Source of the DNA: a virus
Taxonomy: Duplodnaviria; Caudoviricetes
Direction: 5' to 3' (one strand)
Virus record (IMG/VR): IMGVR_UViG_3300043177_000122
Location: 192,001-256,000 of that record
DNA length: 64,000 nucleotides
The translations under genes were made by a program, and so were the position numbers. Position 1 is the stretch's first letter, and every line of letters starts with the position of its first letter. The notes beneath the pieces were generated by a model that was not told the origin of the DNA, made no database searches, and saw only the letters and a program-made list of their open reading frames with translations. Positions 1 to 9,957 of this stretch are shown here, in pieces.

Positions 1-269
1 CACTATCAGCCGCTGACCAAGTAATTAAGGACAGCATTGACTTTGATGACCTGAAGCGCAGAGTCACTCCACCTACTCCTGAAAAAGTTCAGGCTAGATT
101 GGACAAAATCAATGGTGTAACGACCAGCGGTGCACCTGCAACTTCTGCTCCGGCTCCTGCCGCTGTAAAGAAGAGCACCAAGGCTGCCGCTCCAGCCGTC
201 AGCATGACTGATGATGAAGAACTAGACAAAACTTTCCCTGACTATGAAGGTGAAGACGCCCAGTCCTAA
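1..269 (+). CDS. 3' end of a gene running in from the left edge; possibly ssDNA-binding protein
   Basis: Frame 3 open to TAA at 267-269: ...DFDDLKRRVTPPTPE, Ala/Pro linker, acidic tail MTDDEELDKTFPDYEGEDAQS; next to resolvase and primase genes. Confidence 0.45.
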   Translation, partial: LSAADQVIKDSIDFDDLKRRVTPPTPEKVQARLDKINGVTTSGAPATSAPAPAAVKKSTKAAAPAVSMTDDEELDKTFPDYEGEDAQS

Positions 270-351
270 ATCTATCACTCCCTAGATAGTTGAAAGACCC
301 ATAACCAATTTGGTTATGGGTCTTTCTGTTTTATTGGATATATTACCAAGT

Positions 352-924
352 ATGGCTAAAACTATACTTGGCTTTGACGCCTCTTCTACTACTATTGGTT
401 ATTCTATATTAAGTTGGGATGAAACAACAAATAATATTTCTTTTGTAAAAGCTGGATATATCAAGCCCAAAAAGAAAGGTTCTATTATCGAAAGGATAGT
501 AGATACCAGAAATCAAGTTCAAAGGGTCATCGTAGCTGCTCAGCCAGATTATATCTCTATTGAAGAGATAATTCAGTTTATGAAAGGTAAGAGTACTGCT
601 AAGACTATTATCATGTTAACTACTTTTAATAGGATGATTTGTCTAACTGCTTATGATTATCTTGGTAAGGAACCTACTCTTTATAGTGTTATGACAATTC
701 GTCATGGGCTAAAGACGGGTAAAGATTTACCAAAAAAAGAAGAAATGCCGGCCCTTGTCGCCCAACATTTAGGAATTACGTTTCCCTATGAGTATAATAA
801 GAAGGGCAGTATTAAGGTCGAAAGCTACGATAAAGCTGACGGCATTGCAGTTGGCCTGTATCATACGCTTGCTTTAGCGGGCAAGGTAAAGACTAAAGGA
901 AAGCCTAAGGGTAAGAAAAAATGA
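352..924 (+). CDS. RuvC-like Holliday junction resolvase
   Basis: ILGFDASSTTIGYS, YISIEE and DKADGIAVG match RuvC acidic catalytic motifs; ATG at 352 preferred over TTG at 310. Confidence 0.75.
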   Translation: MAKTILGFDASSTTIGYSILSWDETTNNISFVKAGYIKPKKKGSIIERIVDTRNQVQRVIVAAQPDYISIEEIIQFMKGKSTAKTIIMLTTFNRMICLTAYDYLGKEPTLYSVMTIRHGLKTGKDLPKKEEMPALVAQHLGITFPYEYNKKGSIKVESYDKADGIAVGLYHTLALAGKVKTKGKPKGKKK

Positions 925-1844
925 AGCGTGCAGAAGCCTATTCAATCCTAGAAATATCAGAAGCCTCTTCGGTGGAGGACGCCAAAAAAGCGTTTCGTCA
1001 ACTTTCTAAAAAGTATCACCCAGATAATAAAGATACCGGCTCTGAAGAAAAATTTAAGAAGATTAATGAAGCTTATCAGTCTATTTCCAATAATAAGTTC
1101 GATGATACTCCACAACGCCAAAATGGTTTTGGTGGGTTTCATCGCCAACAAGTTGTTCATTTAGAGAATGTAGAAACAAATATTACTATTTCTTTTAAGG
1201 AGTCTGTTTTGGGCTGCAAGAAAGAACTTCAGTTTGATCGTCAAACCAAATGTCGTAACTGTAATGGACAGGGAGAAGTTAGGATAAACAACGGCTGTAA
1301 GAAGTGCGGTGGTCGTGGACAAGTAACTAGTCGACAGGGTAATATGATTGTTATGTCGACCTGTGATGAGTGCTATGGCCGCTCTAATGTAGAAGGATGT
1401 AATATTTGTAGTGGTTATGGTACCGTTCAGGCACGCGCATCTGTACACGTGACTGTGCCTGCGGGCACTACTAATGGTAGTACATTACGATTACCTGGTA
1501 TGGGGAATTTTGCAGGCTCTTTTATGGGGTTGGCAGATCAGCATACTGATGTATTTTTGCATGTTACTGTCACTCCAGACAGTGATTTAACGTTAAATGG
1601 TCAACATGTAATAAGTTATCTCACTATTTCGTTATTAGATGCTTTACAAGGATGCAGTCGTAAAGTAAAAACTATTCATGGAGAAAAAGAAATACAAGTT
1701 AAACCACAGTCCCGTAATCGTGATGAGGTAATTATACCCCATCATGGAGTAGCTAACGCAGGTGATCAAAAGGTCATTTTAGATGTTGAATATCCAAAGA
1801 ACACTGATAAATTGATTGGCGTTCTTCTAGATGAGGTAATATAA
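921..1844 (+). CDS. dnaJ: DnaJ (type I J-domain co-chaperone)
   Basis: J-domain with HPD, four CxxCxGxG-type zinc repeats, C-terminal substrate-binding domain. Confidence 0.9.
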   Translation: MKRAEAYSILEISEASSVEDAKKAFRQLSKKYHPDNKDTGSEEKFKKINEAYQSISNNKFDDTPQRQNGFGGFHRQQVVHLENVETNITISFKESVLGCKKELQFDRQTKCRNCNGQGEVRINNGCKKCGGRGQVTSRQGNMIVMSTCDECYGRSNVEGCNICSGYGTVQARASVHVTVPAGTTNGSTLRLPGMGNFAGSFMGLADQHTDVFLHVTVTPDSDLTLNGQHVISYLTISLLDALQGCSRKVKTIHGEKEIQVKPQSRNRDEVIIPHHGVANAGDQKVILDVEYPKNTDKLIGVLLDEVI

Positions 1845-2191
1845 TGCCATTCGCAATGTTTTGTCAACACAAGGGATGTAAAGGAACCGTGGATCAAATG
1901 GAGCCATATTTGGATCCTAAAACAGATAAGGTGTATTGCAATACGTGCGATCAAGAGCTACCAAATATTACGCACTTTGTCAAAGTTCAAATGAAAACTT
2001 TGAAACAATTTAGACAAAAACAAGCTATTGCATTCGGAGTTAAGTGTCAAAAATGTGAAAAAGAGGCGCAGCCAAAGGTGGTCAATGACGATATAGTGTG
2101 CCCAGGATGTGCTCAGCCTCATGACCATTTAAGTGATACTTTCAAAAGAATGTTGAAAGATAAGCTCCGTACTGCCAATAAAGAGTTGTAA
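1844..2191 (+). CDS. Double zinc-ribbon protein
   Basis: CQHKGC, CNTC, CQKC, CPGC Cys pairs; TAATG coupling to dnaJ. Confidence 0.6.
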   Translation: MPFAMFCQHKGCKGTVDQMEPYLDPKTDKVYCNTCDQELPNITHFVKVQMKTLKQFRQKQAIAFGVKCQKCEKEAQPKVVNDDIVCPGCAQPHDHLSDTFKRMLKDKLRTANKEL

Positions 2192-2956
2192 ATGCTAGAA
2201 AAGATAGTTGAATCATGTCGGTTTCTGTTGAATAACTATCCGGATGCTCGACCAAGTAAGTCCTATCTCGATTTGCGTTTAAACGATAAAAGTCAGGAAA
2301 TTTTCCAGTTTGGTTATTTCCCAGGCGTACAGAATATCTCTGTGTTGGCTGACTTAGTAGGGGAAGAAACTCTTACAAATGAAAAACTTCTCTTTACTAA
2401 AGAAATAGAAGATTCACTCTTCCCTCGCAAGGTACAGTCTTGTTATTTTGAAGATTATCCGCTAGTTATGCCATTTCGAGATCAGTATGGCAAAGTAGCT
2501 GGAATAGTAGGGCGCACTATTCTATCAGATAAAGAGCAAAAAGAAAAAGGAATATCTAAATACAAAAATACTAAGTTTGAGAAGGGCAATTTACTTTTTG
2601 GACTTTATGAGAATAAGCGTCATATTTTAGAGCGGAATTGTGTTTACATCGTAGAAGGTCAAATAGATGTAATTAAGGCGTCTGAGATAGGATTTAGAAA
2701 TATTGTTGCTTTAGGTAATTCTAATATGACTTCCTATCAATTTTCAGTCATTAACAGATACTCCAATAACATATTTTTGCTATTGGATAATGATGAAGCT
2801 GGCCAAAAGGGGAGGAAACGAATAGTTAATAAGTTTGGGCAGTTTGCCAACATTCATAATTTATACTTACCAGACGACTACAAAGATATAGATGAATACA
2901 TCACTAAGGGAGGAATTAGTGATTACGGAGAGCTATCTTTTGGCGTCAAAGATTGA
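2192..2956 (+). CDS. dnaG: DnaG-like primase catalytic core (TOPRIM), no N-terminal zinc domain
   Basis: FQFGYFP, VMPFRDQYGKVAGIVGR, KYKNT, LFGLYE, IVEGQID, LLDNDEAG, YKDIDE. Confidence 0.85.
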   Translation: MLEKIVESCRFLLNNYPDARPSKSYLDLRLNDKSQEIFQFGYFPGVQNISVLADLVGEETLTNEKLLFTKEIEDSLFPRKVQSCYFEDYPLVMPFRDQYGKVAGIVGRTILSDKEQKEKGISKYKNTKFEKGNLLFGLYENKRHILERNCVYIVEGQIDVIKASEIGFRNIVALGNSNMTSYQFSVINRYSNNIFLLLDNDEAGQKGRKRIVNKFGQFANIHNLYLPDDYKDIDEYITKGGISDYGELSFGVKD

Positions 2957-3032
2957 AATTTCTTAGGAAATTTTCATCTTTCCTCTATTGATATATTGTG
3001 ATTGTGTCTTTTACTATATCTAGGGGTCAAAG

Positions 3033-3473
3033 ATGGAACGTAGAAAGAATCGTAGCGACAAATACCAGTGGGTTTTATTAGAAACAGTTTGCTCAAATGA
3101 CATGATGGAAGCATTTTGTAATGAGGATAGTATCTCTGCAAGGTTGAATCCATTTGAGTACAACGAAGATTTAATTGAGTTGGAAGAGCAGCTCAAGAAA
3201 GAGTTTTGGAGAGTCGTAGATACGCTACTGACCCCAAGACAAAGAGAAGTAATTAGACTTTATGCAGATGGCTATACTCAAATGGAGATAGCTAAGATGC
3301 TAAATGTGAACCAAAGTTCAATAACGAAGTCGCTTAACGGGAACGTAGATTATAAGAATGGAAAGAAAATATACGGCGGTGCTCGCAAAAAGATTAGAAA
3401 GATAATCGAAAACGACGATAAGATAAAAGACATCTTACAGAAGATGGCGGAGTGTCGTGACGAAAAATGGTAA
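3033..3473 (+). CDS. Sigma70 region-4-like HTH transcription factor
   Basis: LTPRQREVIRLYADGYTQMEIAKMLNVNQSSITKSL; no region 2 recognisable. Confidence 0.7.
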   Translation: MERRKNRSDKYQWVLLETVCSNDMMEAFCNEDSISARLNPFEYNEDLIELEEQLKKEFWRVVDTLLTPRQREVIRLYADGYTQMEIAKMLNVNQSSITKSLNGNVDYKNGKKIYGGARKKIRKIIENDDKIKDILQKMAECRDEKW

Positions 3474-3648
3474 CCATGGAAAATTTACAGGCAAAACCTG
3501 AAAAATCATTGATAGAAAGAGGGTTTGGCTTGATAAATAGGGTAATATTCTGAAATCTACGTAGTAGGTATACCACTAATAAAGTGCAGAATTAGTATCA
3601 ATATTACTCTATTTAAGGTAGAGTACGTTCTGTTCAATGGGAGACACG

Positions 3649-4110
3649 ATGCCAAAATATTCGTTAGATTACTCAAAGTTGGCCAATCAGATTACAAAGA
3701 AGGCTTATCGTCTTTCTGATGTGAAAGATCAGCTAGAGACTGTGGCTTTTGATGTGGTTAGATTTAAGGATGGCGATAAGGGTGCTGACCTCTGGCAAAT
3801 CCAGAGCGCAGATGATGGTGATTACATTGTGGCTCTTTATGATGATGAAGTCGAAAAGACCGCTTCTACCAATCCTTGGGGCGTTTACGTTTCTAAGAAT
3901 GGACATGATGTGCAAATTTCTTACAAGGGCGATCCTCTTGTAAGATTTGCTGCATCTAAACTGGGAATTCCAAGCTCTGAGTTACATAAGGCTGAACAGT
4001 ACCTACCAGAGAAGCTTGCCACCAACAAGAAGCTCGTCAAAGCTCTTTTGAGTGAGCTAAGTGAGACGGCTAGACTAGAGGTATCCAAGAGATACCCAGA
4101 ACTGGTATAA
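3649..4110 (+). CDS. Hypothetical protein, first gene of head block
   Basis: ORF with GGGAG SD before ATG 3649; ITKKA/Y and EKTA/S motifs. Confidence 0.6.
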   Translation: MPKYSLDYSKLANQITKKAYRLSDVKDQLETVAFDVVRFKDGDKGADLWQIQSADDGDYIVALYDDEVEKTASTNPWGVYVSKNGHDVQISYKGDPLVRFAASKLGIPSSELHKAEQYLPEKLATNKKLVKALLSELSETARLEVSKRYPELV

Positions 4111-4125
4111 TAGAATAGGTGTTCA

Positions 4126-5724
4126 ATGAGCCTTGGTAAAATACATCAACTAGTAGGTACCTTAGCAAAAGCGGTAGATGGCAATCAAAAAATTGCCACT
4201 CCAATTTTGGCTGCCAAATTGGCAAGATACGTTGAAGCTTATCCTCAAGATAAAACTATCGGCGCTATGTCCCGAGTTATTAGCAAGATGGCTAGCAACA
4301 ATACAAATTTTATTCGTAAAGCTGAGCTAAATTCTCTTTACGGGAAATTGTATCAGCACGGCACTAAGTTTGCCGAGTTATTTACAGATGAGCTTGGAGA
4401 AACGGCCGAGCCAGAAATTACTACTTATCAGCGTGATGAAGCTGTAAAACCTGTTGATTATCGTGCTGGTGATCAGGTTTTGGCTAATGCTTTAGAGAGT
4501 GTTTTTGACAAGCATGCTCCGCTCAAAATGTACTCACAGCCAATTGCTGAAAAAGCAATGAAGTCGGTTGGCACTACTTTAGATGCTTGGAATTTGAAGC
4601 CATCTCGCCTTGCAATTAGTGATGGTAATGATAAATTCATTGTAATCAAAGCAGATTATGAGACTCCAAAAGGTGTTACTTCATTCTATGTTCCAGTAGA
4701 AGTTAATAAAAATGATGTTATTGAGCCGGAAGTTTTTATGGGTAATACTGGCCCAGAAGATTTGAATCACACCACAATTAAAGCTTATATTACTCAACAA
4801 GCAGGTTCTAAGACTAAAGTTGGTGCTACCGATATTCTAACTGCGTTAACTCATGCGGCTAGTGGCAAACGTGAAATTTCTGCTGCTGAATTAGCCGTTA
4901 TTCGCATGAATGCTGAGCGTGCTGGTCAATCTGAATTTTTCCAAGGACAAGTTGTTGGGCTAAAAGTTGAAGCCGCTCCAAAAAAAGATGTTTCTCTTCC
5001 TAAGTCTGATGAGTTTATGTCATTTGAAGACAAATTTACTACTCCGCAAGGGCTTGCATCTTGGAGATTTGGTGTAGAAAAAGTAAGCGCTGCTAGGGCT
5101 CATGTTTCTCGCGAACTACAGTCTATGGGATTTACTAATCACCAAGTGGTAATTGCTGGTAATGATGAAAGTACTATTCATGTTGGCGTTTCTCTAGAAA
5201 CTGGCAAAGTTGCTTTTATGGTGCCTGTTAAGGTTGCAAATGACAAGTTACAGAAACCAACAGTTATGTTATGCAATGGCTCTCTTGCCTCTTTTGATAA
5301 GAAAGGCATTAACAATTTAGTTTCAGAAAACAAGACTGATTCTAAAATGGCTGCAGTTGCATCTAATATGTCTACTCTAAAGCCAAGTGAAATTGTCAAT
5401 AATTTGCGTCAGGCGCTAGCAGAAGAAAATTACGCTAAGGCAGAAGATGCGCTTAACGTTCTTAAGAATGCAGGTGATGAGAAAGCATATGCTTTAGCAT
5501 TCAATCTTTATATGACTGGTTTGTCTGGTGTTAAAACTGCTGAGACACAATGTTCTAAGATGATTAAGAGCGCGAATAGTGAGCACCCAATTTGTTCTCA
5601 CACTGGTCTACCAGTTAATAAAGTATACCAAGATAAGAATGGATACTGTCGCCCACTATATCGTAAAGGTATGGATGAGACTTATGAAGGAGCTTCCTTT
5701 ATTAACGCCAAGATTTTTGGGTGA
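4126..5724 (+). CDS. Hypothetical 532-aa protein, putative virion component
   Basis: Long ORF, AGGTG SD, two similar V..D.ET.K....F.VPV.V segments, C-terminal Cys/His cluster. Confidence 0.6.
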   Translation: MSLGKIHQLVGTLAKAVDGNQKIATPILAAKLARYVEAYPQDKTIGAMSRVISKMASNNTNFIRKAELNSLYGKLYQHGTKFAELFTDELGETAEPEITTYQRDEAVKPVDYRAGDQVLANALESVFDKHAPLKMYSQPIAEKAMKSVGTTLDAWNLKPSRLAISDGNDKFIVIKADYETPKGVTSFYVPVEVNKNDVIEPEVFMGNTGPEDLNHTTIKAYITQQAGSKTKVGATDILTALTHAASGKREISAAELAVIRMNAERAGQSEFFQGQVVGLKVEAAPKKDVSLPKSDEFMSFEDKFTTPQGLASWRFGVEKVSAARAHVSRELQSMGFTNHQVVIAGNDESTIHVGVSLETGKVAFMVPVKVANDKLQKPTVMLCNGSLASFDKKGINNLVSENKTDSKMAAVASNMSTLKPSEIVNNLRQALAEENYAKAEDALNVLKNAGDEKAYALAFNLYMTGLSGVKTAETQCSKMIKSANSEHPICSHTGLPVNKVYQDKNGYCRPLYRKGMDETYEGASFINAKIFG

Positions 5725-5727
5725 GCA

Positions 5728-6558
5728 ATGAGAATATTTAGGTTGGCAGACCTCGTAGCGCATAAGTATGAGCTGGTGTCTGAGGGAGCCGCCTCATTGC
5801 AGACCGTCTTGCGTGATGTCGAGTCAAAAATAAAGGATGCCTTCAGAAACTATATTGACCTTAAGACGGTTACGTCTAAGGCGTATAATGCTATTCCAGT
5901 AATGGCTCATCATGGCGAACCGCACTGTCAAAAGATAGTGGGTCACATGCAGATTATTACTGCAAATATCAAAGAACTCATTGCGCATCCTACTCGCTTA
6001 TTCAAAGCGCTTAACAAAGTTTTGGCACTTATTTCTTCTCTAGATGAAGCAATTAAGAATACTAAAAAGAAGTCGCCTGAACATTTACCAACCCAACAAG
6101 TTCTTAATGCTACATTAAGTGATTTAAGTAGGTTAGAAAATTCATTGAAACGTTTTTCCTCACTAATAGTTAGTGCTGCTAAATTATTACAACCATTTGT
6201 TCCGCCCGATGAAGAGGGAAAAGGTGCAGAGCTTGAAGGAAACGTCGTTGTTCCTGAGGCTTTGCCGCTAACAAAGAATGAAAGAAGAAATTTCTTCTTA
6301 GAACATCCAAATGAGGCTGCCGCCTATGGATTTACGGGGCCGACCTTATTGGATAATCTAGATATTGTGCTTAAGATACTCGAAGAGCCTGGAATGTCTA
6401 GAGAATTCGATAAATTTGTTAGAGCTATAAAAGGTAAGGGAAATCCGGAAAATGGTAATGTGATTAGACAAATGGCTCAATCTATTTCTGAGTTAATTCA
6501 AAGACGTCAGTCAACTAATCTTCCCGCATTAGAGAGTAAACCAATTTTTGAGGAATAA
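5728..6558 (+). CDS. Hypothetical helical protein
   Basis: 276-aa ORF in operon; starts MRIFRLA/D. Confidence 0.55.
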   Translation: MRIFRLADLVAHKYELVSEGAASLQTVLRDVESKIKDAFRNYIDLKTVTSKAYNAIPVMAHHGEPHCQKIVGHMQIITANIKELIAHPTRLFKALNKVLALISSLDEAIKNTKKKSPEHLPTQQVLNATLSDLSRLENSLKRFSSLIVSAAKLLQPFVPPDEEGKGAELEGNVVVPEALPLTKNERRNFFLEHPNEAAAYGFTGPTLLDNLDIVLKILEEPGMSREFDKFVRAIKGKGNPENGNVIRQMAQSISELIQRRQSTNLPALESKPIFEE

Positions 6559-6569
6559 GAGGCTATACT

Positions 6570-7283
6570 ATGAGAATTTCTGAACTATTGAATGCAATGG
6601 CTTCCTGGCTAGAAAGTCCAAATAATGAAGCTATGTTGCTTGCAGAAGCTGATGAAAAGTGCATGCATATAGTAGCAGAGTCTTGTGTTCTGGCTGCCGC
6701 ATTGCTCAAGAAGGCCGCTGATGAAGTAGATGTTCTTGAGCCACCTACTGAATCTGTTCTTACTCCAGAAGCTATTGAAGAGACTGCTGCATTAGCTACG
6801 GCTCTTGATCAGAGTGGTGACCCGCAACTTAAGAGAATGGCCTCTGTATTGGACGAGCTTCTTTTAACTATTGCTGCTCCACCAAATGCCTATGCTGAAC
6901 GTAAAGATTTAGTAGATTCTAGGGCAGATGAAATCAGAAAAAAGTACGAAGAGCCACGTAAGGAATTGCATAAGGTAAATCACCTTGGACGTTCTGAAAA
7001 GGCTATTGAAAATAGTGGATTTACCAAAGAATATAAGATTCTAGAGGCTCCCCTAAGCTCTCGTTACTGTCCAGATCATCCTGGCGCTCAAATTGCACGT
7101 GTAGGCGAACACGTATGGCAGTGTGAACTTGATAAAAAAACTTATAATTTTGAAACTGGCTTCGAATTAATTAACGGATCTAAAGTTCCTGGTGGAGACG
7201 TATCTCAACAGACTAACGGATTAAACACTCCATTCCATGCTATTTTTGATACGCGTGAAGGTAGACTAGGTTACAACAAGTGA
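6570..7283 (+). CDS. Hypothetical protein with C-terminal zinc finger
   Basis: GAGG SD; LKKA/A motif; YCPDHPG...WQC. Confidence 0.6.
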   Translation: MRISELLNAMASWLESPNNEAMLLAEADEKCMHIVAESCVLAAALLKKAADEVDVLEPPTESVLTPEAIEETAALATALDQSGDPQLKRMASVLDELLLTIAAPPNAYAERKDLVDSRADEIRKKYEEPRKELHKVNHLGRSEKAIENSGFTKEYKILEAPLSSRYCPDHPGAQIARVGEHVWQCELDKKTYNFETGFELINGSKVPGGDVSQQTNGLNTPFHAIFDTREGRLGYNK

Positions 7284-7432
7284 TAGATGAGCACATCTCA
7301 AAATTTCAAGAGGCCATAAGAGAGGTTTTGTCACAGTTAGATCCGGAGGCGGCTCAGCTTTTCTTAGACCGTTTCATGGAGAAATTGAATGAACAAAAAC
7401 GCACTCAAGAAAATTCTGGAACATCCAGATAA
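7280..7432 (+). CDS. 50-aa micro-ORF paralogous to the C-terminus of 7389..8147 (not in ORF track)
   Basis: GTG overlaps upstream TGA (GTGA); MIDEHISKFQEAIREVLSQLDPEAAQLFLDRFMEKL aligns with VDQHISVFHDVIRDVLSQLDLESSMLFMELFQEKM. Confidence 0.55.
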   Translation: MIDEHISKFQEAIREVLSQLDPEAAQLFLDRFMEKLNEQKRTQENSGTSR

Positions 7433-8147
7433 AGATGAAATCATCGGTAAACTAGTCTTAGATTATCCACCAAAAGAAATTCATGAATGGCTTGCTGGCA
7501 AATATACTAATGTTAGTGAAGCTAAGTTTGTTATTGCTGAAAAATCTATTAAAGTATTCAAAGATAATTATTTAGATGTCTATTCTATGATCCGTGAGGA
7601 TATGATTAAGACCAAACAAGCTGTAGCTACCAGTACAGAAGAACAGTTAGAATTAGCTGTTAAGAATAATTCCACTTACAAAAGCAAAATGTTGGAATTA
7701 GCTGGTAAAGAAATAGATGTTCGTCAAATGGTGGCTCATTTGTGCATTGCTATTGAAACACGTTTAGGTCAAGTATTTGATGAAATTCAAGAAGACCCAC
7801 GTAATATCAATACTAAAATTGATCGTGTTTTGATTGAATACGGTGAATTGTTAGGTAGTTTATTAGAAAAATATTATAAATTCACCGAGAATCCAGCAGA
7901 CTTGGTCATTCAACACAACGTGACTTTGCAAGCAGTAGATCAGCATATTTCGGTATTTCATGATGTAATCCGAGATGTTTTGTCTCAGCTAGATTTAGAA
8001 AGCTCAATGCTATTTATGGAGCTTTTCCAAGAAAAAATGGCTAAATTAAAAGCGCCAGCTCACGAACAACCGCTTAACACAGATATGAAACTTGCTGAAG
8101 CAAAACTTCTCAACGAAACCATTAACAAAAAGTTGAATAATCAATAA
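7389..8147 (+). CDS. Hypothetical helical protein (possible terminase small subunit)
   Basis: GGAG SD; N-terminal HTH-like helices then coiled coil; TerS call is from architecture and location only. Confidence 0.45.
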   Translation: MNKNALKKILEHPDKDEIIGKLVLDYPPKEIHEWLAGKYTNVSEAKFVIAEKSIKVFKDNYLDVYSMIREDMIKTKQAVATSTEEQLELAVKNNSTYKSKMLELAGKEIDVRQMVAHLCIAIETRLGQVFDEIQEDPRNINTKIDRVLIEYGELLGSLLEKYYKFTENPADLVIQHNVTLQAVDQHISVFHDVIRDVLSQLDLESSMLFMELFQEKMAKLKAPAHEQPLNTDMKLAEAKLLNETINKKLNNQ

Positions 8148-9949
8148 TGCCAGAGAACAAACCTTCTAAAAAACCAATTATCGATATGCCTTCCAAAAAG
8201 CAATTGGCAAAGGTCGTTGGCCCATATTCTGATAAGGAGCTAGAGCTTACGCCAGAGATGGAAGAAAAGATGAAGAAGGACATGGAGTTTTTCGATCTCT
8301 ATGGTATTGATTATAGTAAATTTAAACCAGAGTTTCTTTCTTTTATCACTGATAAAAAAGCTTATCCTAACTATGACCAGTATCAGTATATTGCTGGCCA
8401 ACATGATCTAAAAAAGTGGATGTATGCTCTTAAAAACATTCACTATAAGCAAAAAGCAGGATTTCCATATCGTGAGGCCATTAAGACTGCAACTCAGGGT
8501 TGGAATAAAATGGAAATTTACGATTTCTTAAATTGGTTAAGGTTCTACGGAGAGGGGACTCACATGAAATATAAGTTTGCACAAGTCTGGTACACCAATG
8601 ATCAGCCAGGCTACTTCTTACATATCAAACCAGATCCTCCTAAAGAACCTGAGCCTCGCTATGATGCTAATGCTGTAAATGATGCTCGTGAAGAAGCTGA
8701 ACGCAAAGAAGAAAAAAGACAAATCATTGAAAAGCAACGTGCAAAAATTATTGGCCGCTTAGACTCTGCTGAGAAGTTGTTGCGCTCTCAAGATGGCCAA
8801 GAATTTGCTGGTAAAGAGTTAGAAAACTTGATGGAAGCAATTTATGCTCTCAAGAAAAAAGTTCAACTTGTTAACAAATTAAGCATTTCTACTCGTTTAT
8901 ATGAAGACATGATTGTGCGTGAAGGAAACGTACTCAAGCGTAACGGTTTTACTAAAGCTGCAGAAATATTGTATTCTCTCGCTCAAACTCCAGGCGCCTC
9001 TGCTGAAGTGGCACAAGAACAGTCAGCTGGAGATGCAGTTCCGCCACCAGTCCCACCTCCACCACCAACTGATCCATCTGGTGCCCCAGGAGGTCTACCA
9101 GCTACTCTGCCAACTACACCTAGTGTTCAAACAGAAAAGCCAACCTCAAAAGCTATAAATGAGTTCATTAGTAATATGAATGAAGGTAATAAAACTGATG
9201 CCACTAATTCTGAAGACGATCAATTAGAAGTAGAAGATTCAGAAGAGCCGTTGATGGTAACTGAGGCACAAATTACTCCTGCACCGCCTCCGCCACCTGC
9301 TGTTTTGGAAGATATTCCAACTACAGACACCCCAGCTCCTGATAGAAATCCTCCAGCATTCATTCCAGAAGCCACGCCTAAAGCTAAAAAACCTTTAAAA
9401 GAAGAACCACTAGAAGTAACCGAAGAAGATTTACCTCCACCAGGTGGTGAGGGACCATCTACAGAAGGTAAACCTTTGGGCGGTGTAAGTTTAGATAAAA
9501 TTGATAACGTATTCAAAGATGTTTCAATGGAAGAAATTGTAGCCGAATTAGAAGATATTTCTACTTACTATAAAGTACGTGAAATGCCAAGACGACTTGC
9601 TCGCCTAGATATGATGTTTGATGCTAAAGGAATTTCAGTATATTTTCCAAGTTTATCAGAAGCTCAGAATAGGGCGTTAGATGCTAATAATTATATTGCT
9701 ACTCGTATTGATGATATCTTGGCTAAGGTTCGTGGTGCTATGGTAACCAACGATATAGCCTCTAAATTGAAGACTGATCAAGATAAAGAGAAGCAGCGTA
9801 AGCAAATGAGAAAAGAACAAGAAAATGCTGAATTAGAAGGCGGTCCGACCCCTCCAGAAGGCAAAGAAACACCAAACGTTGAATTAGGAGAACTAGGAAC
9901 TCCAGCAACACCTCTACCAGCAGCTCCAGCAAGACCGTCAGCAGTTTAA
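8147..9949 (+). CDS. Hypothetical 600-aa protein with Pro/acidic linkers, putative inner-head protein
   Basis: DKKA/Y, YKFA/Q, SLA/Q, TEA/Q motifs precede Pro-rich segments. Confidence 0.6.
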   Translation: MPENKPSKKPIIDMPSKKQLAKVVGPYSDKELELTPEMEEKMKKDMEFFDLYGIDYSKFKPEFLSFITDKKAYPNYDQYQYIAGQHDLKKWMYALKNIHYKQKAGFPYREAIKTATQGWNKMEIYDFLNWLRFYGEGTHMKYKFAQVWYTNDQPGYFLHIKPDPPKEPEPRYDANAVNDAREEAERKEEKRQIIEKQRAKIIGRLDSAEKLLRSQDGQEFAGKELENLMEAIYALKKKVQLVNKLSISTRLYEDMIVREGNVLKRNGFTKAAEILYSLAQTPGASAEVAQEQSAGDAVPPPVPPPPPTDPSGAPGGLPATLPTTPSVQTEKPTSKAINEFISNMNEGNKTDATNSEDDQLEVEDSEEPLMVTEAQITPAPPPPPAVLEDIPTTDTPAPDRNPPAFIPEATPKAKKPLKEEPLEVTEEDLPPPGGEGPSTEGKPLGGVSLDKIDNVFKDVSMEEIVAELEDISTYYKVREMPRRLARLDMMFDAKGISVYFPSLSEAQNRALDANNYIATRIDDILAKVRGAMVTNDIASKLKTDQDKEKQRKQMRKEQENAELEGGPTPPEGKETPNVELGELGTPATPLPAAPARPSAV

Positions 9950-9957
9950 GGAGATAA

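Noticed and set aside
3476-3553. 25-codon ORF MENLQAKPEKSLIERGFGLINRVIF
   Set aside because: No SD and no recognisable homology; cannot be supported
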